A DNA stretch of 64,000 nt from Lama glama (lineage: Eukaryota). The position numbers and the translations under genes were made by a program. The stretch covers positions 30,382,001-30,446,000 of the forward strand of contig CM052818.1 of the NCBI GenBank assembly GCA_028534125.1. Reading direction: 5' to 3'. The notes below the pieces were generated by a model, which saw nothing but the letters and a program-made list of their open reading frames with translations, had not been told where the DNA came from and searched no databases. Below, one piece after another: positions 26,000 to 38,687 of this stretch (the first letter of the stretch is position 1; every line of letters starts with the position of its first letter).

Positions 26000-26486
26000 C
26001 AGATGGTCCGTGATTTGTAATGTTTCCACTTACAACTTTTTGGCTTTATGATGATGTGACAGTGATACACATTCAGTAGAAACTGTACTTCGGTTTTTAA
26101 TTTTGATCTTTTCCCAGATTAGCAATATGTAGTATGATAATCTTTCATGTTTCTGGGCAGCGGCAGTGAGCCACAGCTTCCAGTCAGCCGCATGATCGCA
26201 GAGGTGAACAGCCAATATACTTATAACCACTTTGTCCTCACACAGCCATTCTGTTTTTCACTTTCAGTACAGTATTCAGTAAATTACATGAGGGATTCAA
26301 CACTTTTTTGTAAAATAGGAGTTAGATGATTTTACCCCACTGTAGACTAATGTAAATGTTCCTAGCACATTTAAGGTAGGGTAGGCTAAACTATGATGTT
26401 TATAGTAGGTTAGGTGTATTAAATATATTTTCAACATATGATGGGTTTATTGATACTTAACCGCATTGTAAGTCAAGGAAGATCTG
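26000..26486. mobile_element. Tigger4/Zombi-like TcMar DNA transposon
   Basis: Termini CAGAT...ATCTG with TA on both sides (25998, 26487). 'gatgggtttattg...cattgtaagtcaagga'. Confidence 0.8.
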
Positions 26487-26904
26487 TATTTTCTTAGTTC
26501 TTGGCTGGGTCCTTTGGGCTCTTGGCTCTACTTTCCTAGTCATTTTTACTTTTCTGTAAGAAAAGGGCCTTGTTTGCATCTGAGTAGCTTTAGTCTGTTT
26601 CATGTATGTGACAGTTTCAAGAGCCTAAAGGCCTCTTTTCATTTGGAACAGTGTTTTAAATCCAAACTGATAAAACTCGTAAACACTTGAGTTTTCTATA
26701 TATCAGATTGTAAGTGCAGTCCATTAGACAAGAGTTTCACATCCATTCTTCTTTCTGAGACAGGATTCTCTTTACTCTAGATCCCAAGTTAGGGGCCTGT
26801 TAAGTCTTAGAAGTCCTTATACCTGCCTGAAAGAGTATACAAGTACTGTCTTAAGTCTTCCTGAGGTCTTAGTGAAGGGTTTTACAGATGTGGTATTATT
26901 TTAT

Positions 26905-27304
26905 TTTAACATTTAAAGTTTAAAATTTTTATTTTTTATACAATTTTAAAGGTTACTTTCTATTTACAGTTGATTGCAAAATATTGGCTATATTCCCCAT
27001 GTTATGCAGTTTATCCTTGAGCCTATCTTACACCCAGTAATTTGTACCTACCAGTTCTGTATTACTCCTCCTCCCCCTCCCCGCTGATAACCACTAGTTT
27101 GTTCGATCTGTGAGTCTGCTTCTGTTTTGTTTTATTTACTAGTTTGTTGTAGTTTTTAGATGCCACATATAAGTGATATCATACAGTATTTGTCTTTCTC
27201 TGTCTGACTTATTTCACTTAGCATATAACGCCCTCCAAGTCCATCTATGTTGCTTCAAATGGCAAAATTTTGTTCTTTTTAATGGCTGAGTAGTATTCCA
27301 TTGT

Positions 27305-27339
<35 letters not shown>

Positions 27340-28011
27340 TGTCTGTGTGTGTCTGTGTATGTATATGTACCTCCCCCTGTTTGTGTTCTTTTTGATGATA
27401 GTCATTCTGAAAGGTGTGAGATGACCTCATTGTAGTTTTGATTTGCATTTCTCTAACAATTAGCGATTTTGAGCATCTTTTCATGTGCCTGTTGGCATCT
27501 GTATGTCTTCTTTGGAGAGATGCCTATTTAGGTCTTCTGCCCATTTTTTGATTGGGTTGCTTATTTTTTTTGATATTAAGATATATGAACTGTTTGTATA
27601 TTTTGGTAATTAGTCCCTTGTTGGTCACAACATTTGCAAATATTTCCTCCCATTCTGTAGGTTGTCTTTTTGTTTTGTTGATGGTATCCTTAGCTGTGAA
27701 AAAGCTTTTAAGTTTAATTGATCCCATTTGTTTATTTTTGCTTTTATTTCCACTACTACAGGAGCTGGTTCAAAAATACATATTGCTGTGATTTATGTCC
27801 AAGTGTTCTGCCTATGTTTCCCTCTAGGAGTTTTATAGTGTCAGGTCTTACATTTAAGTCATTAATCCATTTTGAGTTTATTTTTGTACGTGGTGTTAGA
27901 GAATGTTCTAATTTCAGTCTTTTACAGGTAGTTGTCTAGTTTTCCTAACACTACTTATTGAAGAGACTATCTTTTCTCCATTGTATATTCTTGCCTCCTT
28001 TGTCATAGATG
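26905..28011 (-). mobile_element. Lineage-specific L1, 5'-truncated
   Basis: ORF2 debris '[29 protein letters not shown]' and 'REMQIKTTMR'. Degenerate TSD cagatgt(g/a)gt at 26885 and 28012. Confidence 0.9.
27307..27338. repeat. (GT)16 microsatellite
   Basis: Read directly. It continues imperfectly to ~27365. Confidence 0.95.
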
Positions 28012-28171
28012 CAGATGTAGTTTTGTTTTGATAATTGTGAGCCCATGTTCTTGGTAGCACCCTGGATTTGAACTTTCTCCTTATGCTGTTTCTTTGACTA
28101 TCTGTAGAAGCTAGCAGTGAGAAACAATTGTTTTCCAACCAAGCAACTCCTGGTTAGAAATACTTCTTTTA

Positions 28172-28398
28172 GTCTGAGATTTACAAATGTTAGCCACTGT
28201 ATATAAGAACAGATTAAAAAAAAGTTTCCTTTGTACAGCACAGGGAACTATGTTCAATATCTTGTAATAACCTTTAATGGAAAAAAAAACGAAAATGAAT
28301 ATACATATGTATCTGCATGACTGGGATATTGTGCTGTACACCAGAGACAGACACATTGTAATTGACTGTACGTCAATAAAAAAAAATTCTTTTAAAGG
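28172..28398 (+). mobile_element. Short L1 3' fragment
   Basis: 'tacagcacagggaactatgttcaatatcttgtaataacc...caataaaaaa'. 13-bp TSD aatacttctttta at 28159 and 28399. Confidence 0.88.
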
Positions 28399-28432
28399 AA
28401 TACTTCTTTTAAATTCTGCTTATAATTCTTTA

Positions 28433-28525
28433 AAGTAAACAAAAAATGTATTGAAATACAATCGCTTACAATGTGTCAATTTCTGGTGTACAGCACAGTG
28501 TCCCAGTCATGCATACACATACATA
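28433..28525 (-). mobile_element. Tail-only L1 3' fragment
   Basis: 'ttacaatgtgtcaatttctggtgtacagcac'. Perfect 16-bp TSD tgcttataattcttta at 28417 and 28526. Confidence 0.88.
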
Positions 28526-29949
28526 TGCTTATAATTCTTTAGCTCATGGTTTTCTTCTTGTATCTTCTCTTACTTGACTGTAAGAAAGCCACTGACATTT
28601 TGAATATTTTGCCTGGAAATCTTCTTAGCTAGATCTTTGGGTTCACTAGGTATGTTTTCCATCTTCTAAGTTACTTCATGTGACAGTTATGCTAATTGTT
28701 CTGCCAGTAAGTAATATGGGTCACCCTTTTCACCTCCTATAGCAGTTTCCTTACTGCTCGTCCATTTCTAGTCTGCTTGTTGCCCTTTCAGCTTCCCTTT
28801 GTCTCTGTGTCACCAAAGTCCGTATTATATTTTATGTTTCTGCTGTAGTAGTACCATTTTTTTTTCTGTCTCAGTTATCTATTGTTGTATCACCTTATGG
28901 TGCCTTTTTTTCTGCTTATAATTTTTGGTCTAGAATTTTGTTCAGGGTTTAGTGGCAACCACTCATCTCTCTTTCATCTGTTGCCAGTTGAGACAGATTG
29001 ACTTAGGCTGAGGGCTCTAAAATGCTCTTACTTCCTGTCTGGGACTGTGATGCAGGTTGTCTACTGAAGCACCTTAGTTCTCATGTTGGTGCTATCTCCA
29101 CTGTTGTCACTCTTCCTTCAGGGCCTTTCTCTGCACATGATTTTCCTTTCCTGTCGGGCTGTCATGCAGTACATGGCAGTTCAGAGTAGCAAGAAAGCAA
29201 GTAGAATCTTCCAGGCCTCTTAATATCTAGGCTAGAAACTGGCACAGTATCACTTATGCTACATTCTACTGGTCAAAGCAAGTCAGAAGTCTGGTTCAGG
29301 GGGAGGGAGAAATTGTACACCTAATGAGAGGAGTGAGTGGCATGAGTATTCAGAGGTGGGAGGGATTTGGTGATTATAGTTGCGGGCAGCCTACCACAGT
29401 ACCACCTGTGTTTCCTTTCTCTGGTGCTTTCCTGATTCCCTGCTCAAGGACAGCTAGTCTACTCTGTATCTTCTGTACCCAGCTCAGTACCTGGTACACA
29501 AAAGGATCTCAGTAATTAATTGTTGAATAAATTAATATCAGTCTTTCTATTTTTAATACTTTTGTTAAATATTTTTCCAAAAATTAGATCAAATTTTTTT
29601 ATTAACTGCTTTTCATGTTATGAATGTATTTTTATGTCATTTTTAAACTTCTTTTCATTGGTCATACATCGGACTTTCTAGTATATGTCTATGTAATACT
29701 TCAGTTAATTGACCATCTAATTTTTAAACTTTTCCCTCATTTTAACTATTATAAATAATTACTGCAGGTTTAAAAAAACTAAGTAGCTAAGTTATTATTT
29801 GTAATTTTCTGTGTATTTTAAACAGATTTTAAAATATTCATTAGAGCTTTTTAAAAAATGATGAGTAATTTAAAGGAGAAAATATGAAATGACCCATAAT
29901 CCCCTTGCTCAGTTAACTCTGTTGACATTTAAAAAATGGATATACATGG

Positions 29950-30077
29950 GTTGTCCCCACGCCAACCAATGGCCGGCCAGTGCCTTGGCTGAGGAGGTGA
30001 GGTGGGCCCAGACACCACCACTCACCCAGTGGGCCACCTGGGTCCTGCCATGCCTCCACAGCCAGAAAAAGAAAAAC
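29950..30077 (+). other. Orphan GC-rich retro-insertion (retrocopy fragment of unknown source)
   Basis: GC-rich island in AT-rich intron. A-rich tail at 30066-30076. 15-bp TSD aatggat(a/g)tacatgg at 29935 and 30078. TTT/AAAAAA target. Confidence 0.8.
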
Positions 30078-31054
30078 AATGGATGTACATGGTTTACAAA
30101 CGTAAACAGTATTGAGAAGTACAGAGTGAACAATGAAAGCTTCTCTGCTTCCCCTCACCAGTGTTTATTGAAAGTAAAAATTATGCATCTGCTAACATGT
30201 ATGTGTGCATATGTCTATGTATATATGTGATTTATACATACACATGTTTATTTGTGTAAATTAAAAAATACATATACAAGATTATATCTTAAGTACTTTA
30301 TTCTGATCTTTTTCCATACTTTATCTTTGTCAGAATTCATGATTTTTACTGTTGCATATAATTGCATTTGAGAGTTAAGTTAGGATATATAGAAATTGTC
30401 AATCTTGAAAAAACGATTTACTCTTAAAATTAACAGCATTGGATTTCACCTCTTCCTTTTCTTTGTGTTTTACTCTGTTCAGTTATATAACCCTTCTCCC
30501 CTGCCCCTTATTTCTTTCTCTATATCATCCCCATTTACTCTTTGCTTGCAGTTTAAAATTTTAATTGATTTTGGGGGTAATTTACATACTGTAAAATGTG
30601 CTCTTCATGGCATAGAATCCTATGCTATAAGTATTGATAAATGCAGAGTTGTAAATATCCACCATAGTCAAGATATGGAACAATTGCTTTGCCCCATTTT
30701 CAATGCTTTTTGTTCAGGAAAAATGTGCAGAGTAAATAGAATGCTTTAGTAATTTTCGAAGTGTTTGAGAAATATGGCCCTGTAAAAATGTTCATCTTCA
30801 CTGTAAAAATGTCATTATTATCTTTTTAGCCGTATAATACTTTTTGTTACTGCTAATATTTTGGAATAGGGACACCTTGAAAGCACAGTACAGTATATTC
30901 AAATCTGTTCCATCTTCTCTTTTAGGTTCTAGCCAATCTTAGAAATTCATCGTGGTTAAGATTTGATAACTCTTAGTACTTAGACCGTTATATATTAAAT
31001 AACCTTGATTTTATATCATTTATCCAGATCATTTAACCTAACTCTTGTAATTCT

Positions 31055-31128
31055 TTTTTTTTAGCATGCATGAATGCAGGACCTCATGTATGCTAAGTAT
31101 GCAGCTCTGCCACTGAACTATTACCCTC
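31055..31128 (-). mobile_element. Degenerate tRNA-derived SINE
   Basis: 'caggacctcatgtatgctaagtatgcagctctgccactgaactattaccctc' resembles the other SINE copies. Confidence 0.65.
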
Positions 31129-31229
31129 TTATATTCTTATTCTTATATTTATTCATATTGATTATATTTTTGAGTTCCCTGTGTGAGAACACCACTATCA
31201 GATGCCCCTGTATTTTATTAAATACTATT

Positions 31230-32090
31230 AACTAAACAGTTTTTCCTGTTTGTGACATCTTTATTAGTATAATACATTTGTTACAGTTGAACCAATATTG
31301 ATACATTATTATTAACTAAAGTTCAGAGTTTAATTAGGGTTTACTCTTTGTGTTATATAGTTTATGGGTTTCTCATGTCATGTATCTACCATTAAAGTAC
31401 CATACGGAATAGTTTCACTGCCTTGTGCTCTGTCTAATCATCTTCTCCCCTCACTCCACCTCCATCCAGCCCTTGGTAACTACTGATCTTTTTATGTCTT
31501 TATAGTTATATACTTTGTGAAATATCATATAGTTGGAATTGTGCAGTATGTAACCTTTTCAGATTGTCTTCTTTAAGTCAATAATATATTTTCATGATTC
31601 TTCCATGTCTTTTTATGGCTTGATAGCTTATTTCTCTTTATTGTTTTTTTTTGTTGTTGTTGTTATCTTTTGTTTCGAATTAATAGATATTATTTCTTAG
31701 AGCAGTTTTGGGTTTATGGGAAAATTGAACAGAAAGTACAGAGAGTTCCATGTACTCCCTCTCCCCAACACACAGAACTTTCTCTATTACTAATATTCTA
31801 AGTTCGTGTCTACACTTACTACAATAAATGGACCAATACTAAGACATTAGTATTAACTACAGCCTGCAGTTTACATGAGGGTCACTCTTGCTGTTGGATG
31901 TTCTGTGGGCTTGACAAGTGTATGATGACATGCATCCACCAGTATGGGATCATTTGGAGGCGTTTCACTGCCCTGAAGTCCTCTGTGTTCCACCTGTTAC
32001 TTTCTCCCTCCCCTAGGTCCTGGCAACCACCCATCTTTGTACTCCTTCCATAGTTTTGCCTTTTCCAGAATGTCTTTAGTTGGAGTCACA
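31230..32090 (-). mobile_element. L1MC-type 3' UTR fragments (two related pieces)
   Basis: Repeated 'ccaata(t/c)t.a.acatta.tattaacta' and 'tttcactgcc' blocks; 'agagcagttttgggtttatgggaaaattgaacagaaagtacagagagttcc'. Confidence 0.7.
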
Positions 32091-32199
32091 CTGTTTTACT
32101 AGGTAATTGATGTAAAAATTTATTGTTTTTAAGGTGACATTTACTCTCAGAATTTAAAAATTTTGATAAATTTGAGTTTTTCAAATGTTAGTAGAGTTG

Positions 32200-33120
32200 C
32201 CTAATTGTGCAAGGAATGATGAGTAATACAAAAATAAGCAAAGGTTGTGTGTTTCCTGAGCATATAGCCTAGTAGGAGAGATATAAGAACTATATAAAAT
32301 TAATATAATTTAGTTCAGTAAGTGCAGTTGAGTTTATGGGAGCAGAAAAAGAGGTTGTAGACAGTAGCTGAATTAGGGGAACACAGAGAAAGCTTTATGG
32401 AGAAGATAGTATTTGAGTAGACCCTGAATGAAGATGGCTGTAATTTCCACAGAAAGGGCAGAATTTTTTTCTGTGGGAAAGGTAGTGCTGTAAATACAAA
32501 GTATAGGAGTAAGAAAGACCGGGACTTAAATTAAGAGCAGAAGACTGTTTGACTTAGCTTGTGGGAGTTGCAAAAGGCCGGGATAGTAACTGAGGCCTAT
32601 CTGTAGGTGTTTTTGGTTTGGCCTGCCTAGTTATAAAAAGCTTTTTGACATATATGAATCCTTTTCGTTGGATATTGGTTCTGCCACTTCCTGTTGTCTT
32701 TTACCTCATCCAGCTTTTCACACGTGTATGATATCAACCTGGGACTGGAGACATTCAAATTGGTGACCTTGTAGATGCATAGTCAGAGGGCCAGGATTAG
32801 AAAGTTGGAACAGTAGGGTGGGACCAGATTAAGGAGGGCATTGAATGTCATTGTATGAATTTGTATTTTATTCCATGATTGGTATGGAGCTACTGAAAGG
32901 TCCTCAGCAAACGGAGGAGATGATTACAGTTTGACTGTAAGAATATTGCACTTAATGGCATGATGGTACTGTGAAGGATGGATTAGAGTTGAAAGAGATT
33001 GATAGAAATAGTTTAGAAATCGTGGGGGCTTTGAACTAAGGTAGTGGTGCATAGGGTGCTAAACTGAGCAGATTATAGGAGACGTTCAAAGGTTAGAGTA
33101 AATAGAACTTGGTAAATGTT
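32200..33120 (-). mobile_element. L2 fragments
   Basis: Degenerate purine-rich L2 motifs ('atttgagtagaccctgaatga', 'gggaccagattaaggagggcattgaatgtca'). Confidence 0.5.
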
Positions 33121-33788
33121 TCTTTGTGGGAGAGTAGGTAATTTTAAGACAGTGCAAATTTTTGACAATAGTATGCCATTATCAGAGAGGGTAAAGCTGT
33201 AAATTTTAGATGTAAGCTAGGTGTAATTTTAGGAGACATAGGGCATGGAAATGTCAACTTGTTTCTATCAAAAATTGGAATTTCTTTATAATTCTGAAAG
33301 CAAATGTGGTCAATTTATCATAGGACTGTTTTGCTTCAAATGGTTGAGTTTTCTTTAATAAAGTTTATTTAGTATGTCTCTCTAATTCCTGAAATGTACT
33401 TGCCTTTGTAAAACCTTTCTTATCAGTATTCCTGCTAGCATACAAATTTCGAAAGGTATAACTTTAAAAATTAATTTTGATAATCTCATTAGATTCACTT
33501 AACTGAACAAACAGCAAAGATTTATAATGACTTAAGTGTAATTTTACACTTTGTCATTGACAGCTGGTTTACCTTCTTCCTTTGACCTTTCTTACTCCTC
33601 TTTCTCAGTGCTTTGGCTCTAGTTGATGTTTTCTAGATCTTTTTCATTTATTCTTTCTCACAGTCAGAATATTCTGCATAAAATATAAATGTGCATGTCC
33701 CTGTTGTTGAAGGTGGATCTGATTAAGAGGAAAAGATGAAATTCTTCCTTATAGGGCTCTCTAAAACTCTGCAATTATGATACCTTTA

Positions 33789-34372
33789 TGTCACCAGGCC
33801 TTTAACGCCTGTTTCAAAGGTTCTACAAGCAGCCTAATGTTTGCAAACTCATTAGAAGGACTCAACAGTTGTATTCATGACTGTGGTTTAGTAGAAAAGA
33901 TGTGATGCACAGCAGGACTGGCAAGGGAAAAAAGACGTGTCAGGCAGAATCTGGCAGAATCCAAGTGCATGCTTCCAACATTCTCCCTCCCATAGGGCTG
34001 TGTTGAATAGAATGTGGATCCTCCAGCACTGTTAACACATGTACAGTGTTTAGCCAGGGAATCCTGCTTTAAGATTCAAAAGCCAGCATTTTTACTGGGG
34101 GCAAGTGATGTAGGCACTTTCTGCCTGTGTGACTAGTCACAGCTACTGAAATTCCAGACTCCGGGAAGGAAAGCAGGTGTTTACCATAATCACATAATTT
34201 ATAAATAGTCTAGATAAGCTGGTACAGTGTCCCAAGAGGGTAAAACAACGTTAATCAACATAAGGAATGTAGGCAAAAGCCAAGTTCCTAGGTGTAGGCC
34301 AAGGGCCAGTCTTACAAGCAGGCCATTCTAAAGATTGCAGCAACAGATCTTCTGTGTTAACTCTCTTGCAAA
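33789..34372 (-). mobile_element. Solo LTR, MER77-like (ERVL)
   Basis: 'aaattccagactccgggaaggaaagcaggtgtt' and 'gccaagggccagtcttacaagcaggcc...tgtgttaactct'. Confidence 0.65.
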
Positions 34373-36944
34373 ATTCCCATTCTGTTTTCCAAATTCCAGG
34401 GTACCATGTTGCCATTAGAACTTTCTGACTTTTGGACTTGCTTTAAATGCCATCTTAACCTTTGTTACAGCTTAGGTTTGTACTAGACCTTAAAATTTTC
34501 CTTTTCTTTCTGATCGTGACTTCAGTCCAGGTCTTCAGATACTAGAAATGGTCACAGAAAAGTAAGGTATGTTCTTGTGTAGTTATTCTTTAACAGATTG
34601 GAATGGCTTGTCTGCGGAGATAAAAAGAAAATTGAAATTTTCTGCCCTGTCCAGCTTACGTGACAGCCACAAGAGCAGTACTATTTTCAAATGTGTTCTT
34701 ATTGTGTGACTTTTATACTCCCGGTTATTTGAGTATTCCTGCATATGTCTTGTCTTTTTTGTTGTCATTTATTGAGATTTTAGAGCAAGCATTGTCTTTC
34801 TTGATATATTTGAGTTTCCCTTTTCCATGAACATTGATTCCTTCTGAGTATTACCTATACTTCAGGAAGAGAGCATTTTTTAGAATTATAGAACATGGAA
34901 TATTTTGGTAATAATAAGTAAAAGTTCTTTGTTAGTTGTAATGGAACAATTTTAGTTTCTATAACCATGAAAAGGTTGAGCAAGAGGTAGCATAAGACAT
35001 TTGGGAAGATTGGGATGCATTTCATTTTTATCAGAGTAAAGATTTTTTTATATTTATCTACACATGTTTTGTCCTCTTTTTTTTTTTCTGTAAATATTTT
35101 CTATCTAAAAAGAGGAGAGGAGAGTAAATTATGTACTAATATTATTGTGGCAATAGCTTCAGCACCTCAGGGATAAGGATAATTTTTCTTTGGACTGGCT
35201 TGGTTATAATTTGTTTAATTCTCACCTGAGAAGCTCTGGACGGCTTCTAAAATCGTTGGGGTATTGGAAGAATTTGCATAGAAAAGAAAATTCTCATCAG
35301 TGTTATTCAGGGGAGAAATTATTCAAACTAATGCCACAGAATAAGCAAGTAACTATTTGTATACAGTATTTCTTCTAGTTTAAAATTTCATCAATTTTAA
35401 AGCTTCTGTTATTTATATACCACTACCACATCACCAATTATGTTTTCTTATTAATTAGAACATTTATATTAGAATTCACATTTATTTTTCTTGTGATGAG
35501 GACTTTTAAGATCTACTCTTAGCAACTTTCAAATATACAATACGGCATTATTAACTATAGAACAATATTAGCTACAGAATTCATATTTTTATATTAGAAT
35601 TTTTGCATTGGAATTTAGACTTTTTGTGCTCTGTGCCACTAAGAATATTGGTGATACAGTGATACTGTTTTTGAAGAGAGTGTTTCATTATTGGTTCTGG
35701 GACTTCAATTCTTTTTAGTCTGTTACGTATCTTGGATATAGTAATTTTCTGAAGCATGGGTTAGGGTATAAAACAGAAACAGATGGGCTGAAACTTTCCT
35801 CTGCATCACTAAAGTGCCCACAAGAGTTTTGTAAGGTAGGTATTAGTAATTCTCTTTTTTTCTGACAGTTGAAGCTCAGGATAGTTTAAGTACCCTGCTA
35901 CAGGTAGCACAGTTTGCAAGTGGCAAAGATAGATTTTCTTCTTTTTTAACAGTTTTATTAAAGTTTGAAGTATGATTTATATCCTGTAAAATTCATGCAC
36001 TTAATAATACAGCTCAATGATTTTTAGTAAATTTATTGAGTTGTGTAGACACTCTCGCAGTCTAGTTTTAAAACATTTTTATCACCTGAAAAAGAAACCT
36101 TGTGTCCATTTGAGAGCAGTTCTTTTGCTCCCATTCTCAGCCTCAGGTAACCATTTATTTGCTTTATGTATCTATAGATTTGTATTTTTTGCAAATTTTA
36201 TTTAAATAGAATCATACAAAACGTAGTCTTTCATGTCTGTGCTTTTTTTCATTTAGTGTACTGTTTTCGAGATCATCCATGTTGTAGCATGTATCAGTAA
36301 TAGATTCCTTTTTATTGCCAAATAGCTATTCAGTTATATGAATATACCAATTTTGTTTAGCCATTCACCAAGTGATAGATATTTGGATCATTTCCATTTT
36401 TGATTATTAGGAATAATGTTATAAACATTCTTGTACATGTCTTCATGTGAACATATGTTTTCATTTCTCTTGAATAGATAACTTGGGAATGGAATTGCTG
36501 GGTTGTAGGATAAGTCTATGTTTTAACTCTTAGAAACTGCCCAACTATTTTTCAAAGTGGCAGCACCATTTTATATTACAGGAGCAGTGTGTTAGGGTTT
36601 CTCCACATTCTGGCCAGTACCTGTTATTGTCATTCTTTTTTATTACAACCATTCTGACAGATGTGTAGTGTAACCTCATTATGGTGTGAAATTTGCATCT
36701 CTCCAGTGACTCATGAAGTTGAGCAATTTTTCATATTAGTCATTTGTGTATCTTCTTTTGTGAAATGCCTATTCATACATTTTGCCCTAGTTTTAATTTG
36801 ATAATTTATCCTTTTACTGAATTGTAAAAGATTTTGTGTATTCTGGATACAAGTTCTTTGTTCATATATATGATTTGCAAAGATTTTCTCCCATTGTATA
36901 TGACTTGTCTTTTATTTTTTTAATGGTGTCTGTTGAAGAAGAAC

Positions 36945-38346
36945 TTTTTTTAAAAGGGAAGTGTAGTTGATTTACAATGTTGTGTTAGTTTCTACTGTAC
37001 AGCTTAGTGATTCAGTCATATATATACACACACACACATTCTTTTTCATTATAGGTTATTACAAGATATTGACTATAATTCCCTGTGCTATCCTGTAGGA
37101 CCTTCTTGTTTATTTTATATCTAGTGGTTTGTATCTGCTAATCCCAAACTCCTAATTTATCTCCTCCCCCAACTTCCCCTTTGGTAACTGTAAGTTTGTT
37201 TTTTATGTCTTTTGAGTCTGTTTCTGTTTTATAAATAAGTTCATTTGTGTCATTTTTTTAGATTCCACATGTAAGTGATATCATATGGTAGTTTTCTTTC
37301 TCTTTCTGGCTTACTTCACTTAGTATGATAATATCTAGGTCCATCCATGTTGCTGTAAATGGCATTCCATTCTTTTTTATGTCTGAGTACTATTCCTCTG
37401 TGTGTGTGTGTACAGCACATCTTTATCCAGTCATCTGTTGATGGACAGTTGGATTGTTTCCATGTCTAGGCTATTGTAAATAGTGCTGCTGTGAACACTG
37501 GGGTGTGTATATCTTTTCAAATTATGTTTTCTCTGATATATGCCAGGAGTGGGATTGCTGGATCATATGATAAGTCTATTTATAGTTTTTTGGAAATCTC
37601 CATACTGTTTACCATGATGGGTGCACCAGATTGCATTCCCACCAGCAGTCTAGGAGGGTTCTCTCTTCTCCACACTCTTTCCAACATTTATTGTTTGTGG
37701 ACTTTTTAATGTTGACCATTCTGACTGGTCTGAGGTGATACCTCATGGTAGTTTTGATTTGTATTTCTCTGATAATTAGTGATATTGAGTATCTTTTCAT
37801 GTGCCTATTGGCTGGCTGTGTGTCTTCATTGGAGAAATGTCTGTTTAGGTCTTCTACCCATTTTTTGACCGGGTTGTTTGGTTTTTGTTGTTGTTGCGTT
37901 GTATAAGCTGTTTTTATATTCTGGAAGTTAAGCTCTTGTCAGTTGTATTGTTTGCAAATATTTTCTCCCAGTCCGTCAGTTGTCTTTTTGTTTTGTTTAT
38001 GATTTCCTTTGCTGCACAAAGGTTTATAAGTTTGATTATGTCCCATATGTTTATTTTTTCTTTCTATTGCCTTGGGAGACTGACCTAGGAAAACCTTGCT
38101 ACAATTTATGTCAGAGTATGTTTTGCTTATGTTCTCTTCTAGAAGATTTATGGTGTCCTGTCTTATGTTTAAGTCTTTCAGCCATTTTCTGTTTATTTTT
38201 GTGTCTGGTGTAAGGGAGTGTACTATCTTCATTGATTTACATGTAACTGTCCATGTTTTCCAGCACCACTTTACTGAAGAGACTGTCTTTTCTCCATTGT
38301 ATATTCTTGCCTTGTTTGTCAAAGATTAATTGACCCTAGATGTGTG
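36945..38346 (-). mobile_element. Young lineage-specific L1, 5'-truncated
   Basis: Closely similar to 14400-15730. ORF2 debris in ORFs 37609..37800 and 37939..38322. Confidence 0.9.
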
Positions 38347-38468
38347 AAGAGCAAACATTTTAAGTGAATTCAGTTTATCTTTTTTTTCCTTGTATGGCTT
38401 CTGCTTTTGGTATCATATTTAAAAGATCGTTGCCTAACCCAAGTTCACAAACTTTTTCTCTTCTTGAA

Positions 38469-38687
38469 CAGGATCAGCAAAGGACAACAGCCTGGAGGTC
38501 ATAGCTGTCCCACAGCTTGTTATTGTAATGTTTTACGGGAATATAGCCACACCCACTCATTTGCTTATTGTCTGTGGCTGCTTTCTCTTTACAGTGACAG
38601 TTGAGTAGTTGCTACAGAAGTGTATGGCCCAGAAAACCTGAAATATTTACTTTATGGCCCATTTCAAAAGATGTTTGCTGAGCCCTG
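38469..38687. mobile_element. MER58A-like hAT-Charlie MITE
   Basis: TIRs caggatcagcaaa / tttgctgagccctg. 8-bp TSD ttct(t/a)gaa at 38461 and 38688. Confidence 0.85.

Larger units (their letters stand above)
25169..29398 (-). mobile_element. Two-LTR MaLR provirus (old MLT1 subfamily) interrupted by later insertions
   Basis: Similar LTRs at 25169-25608 and 28867-29398 (tgt.tcagttatc ... ctacca(t/c)a). PPT-like purine run on the minus strand next to the 3' LTR. TSD ctacc/gtacc at 25164 and 29399. Confidence 0.75.

Noticed and set aside
29889..30230. Three overlapping ORFs
   Set aside because: They are a by-product of the stop-poor GC-rich retro-insertion and cross its TSD boundaries.
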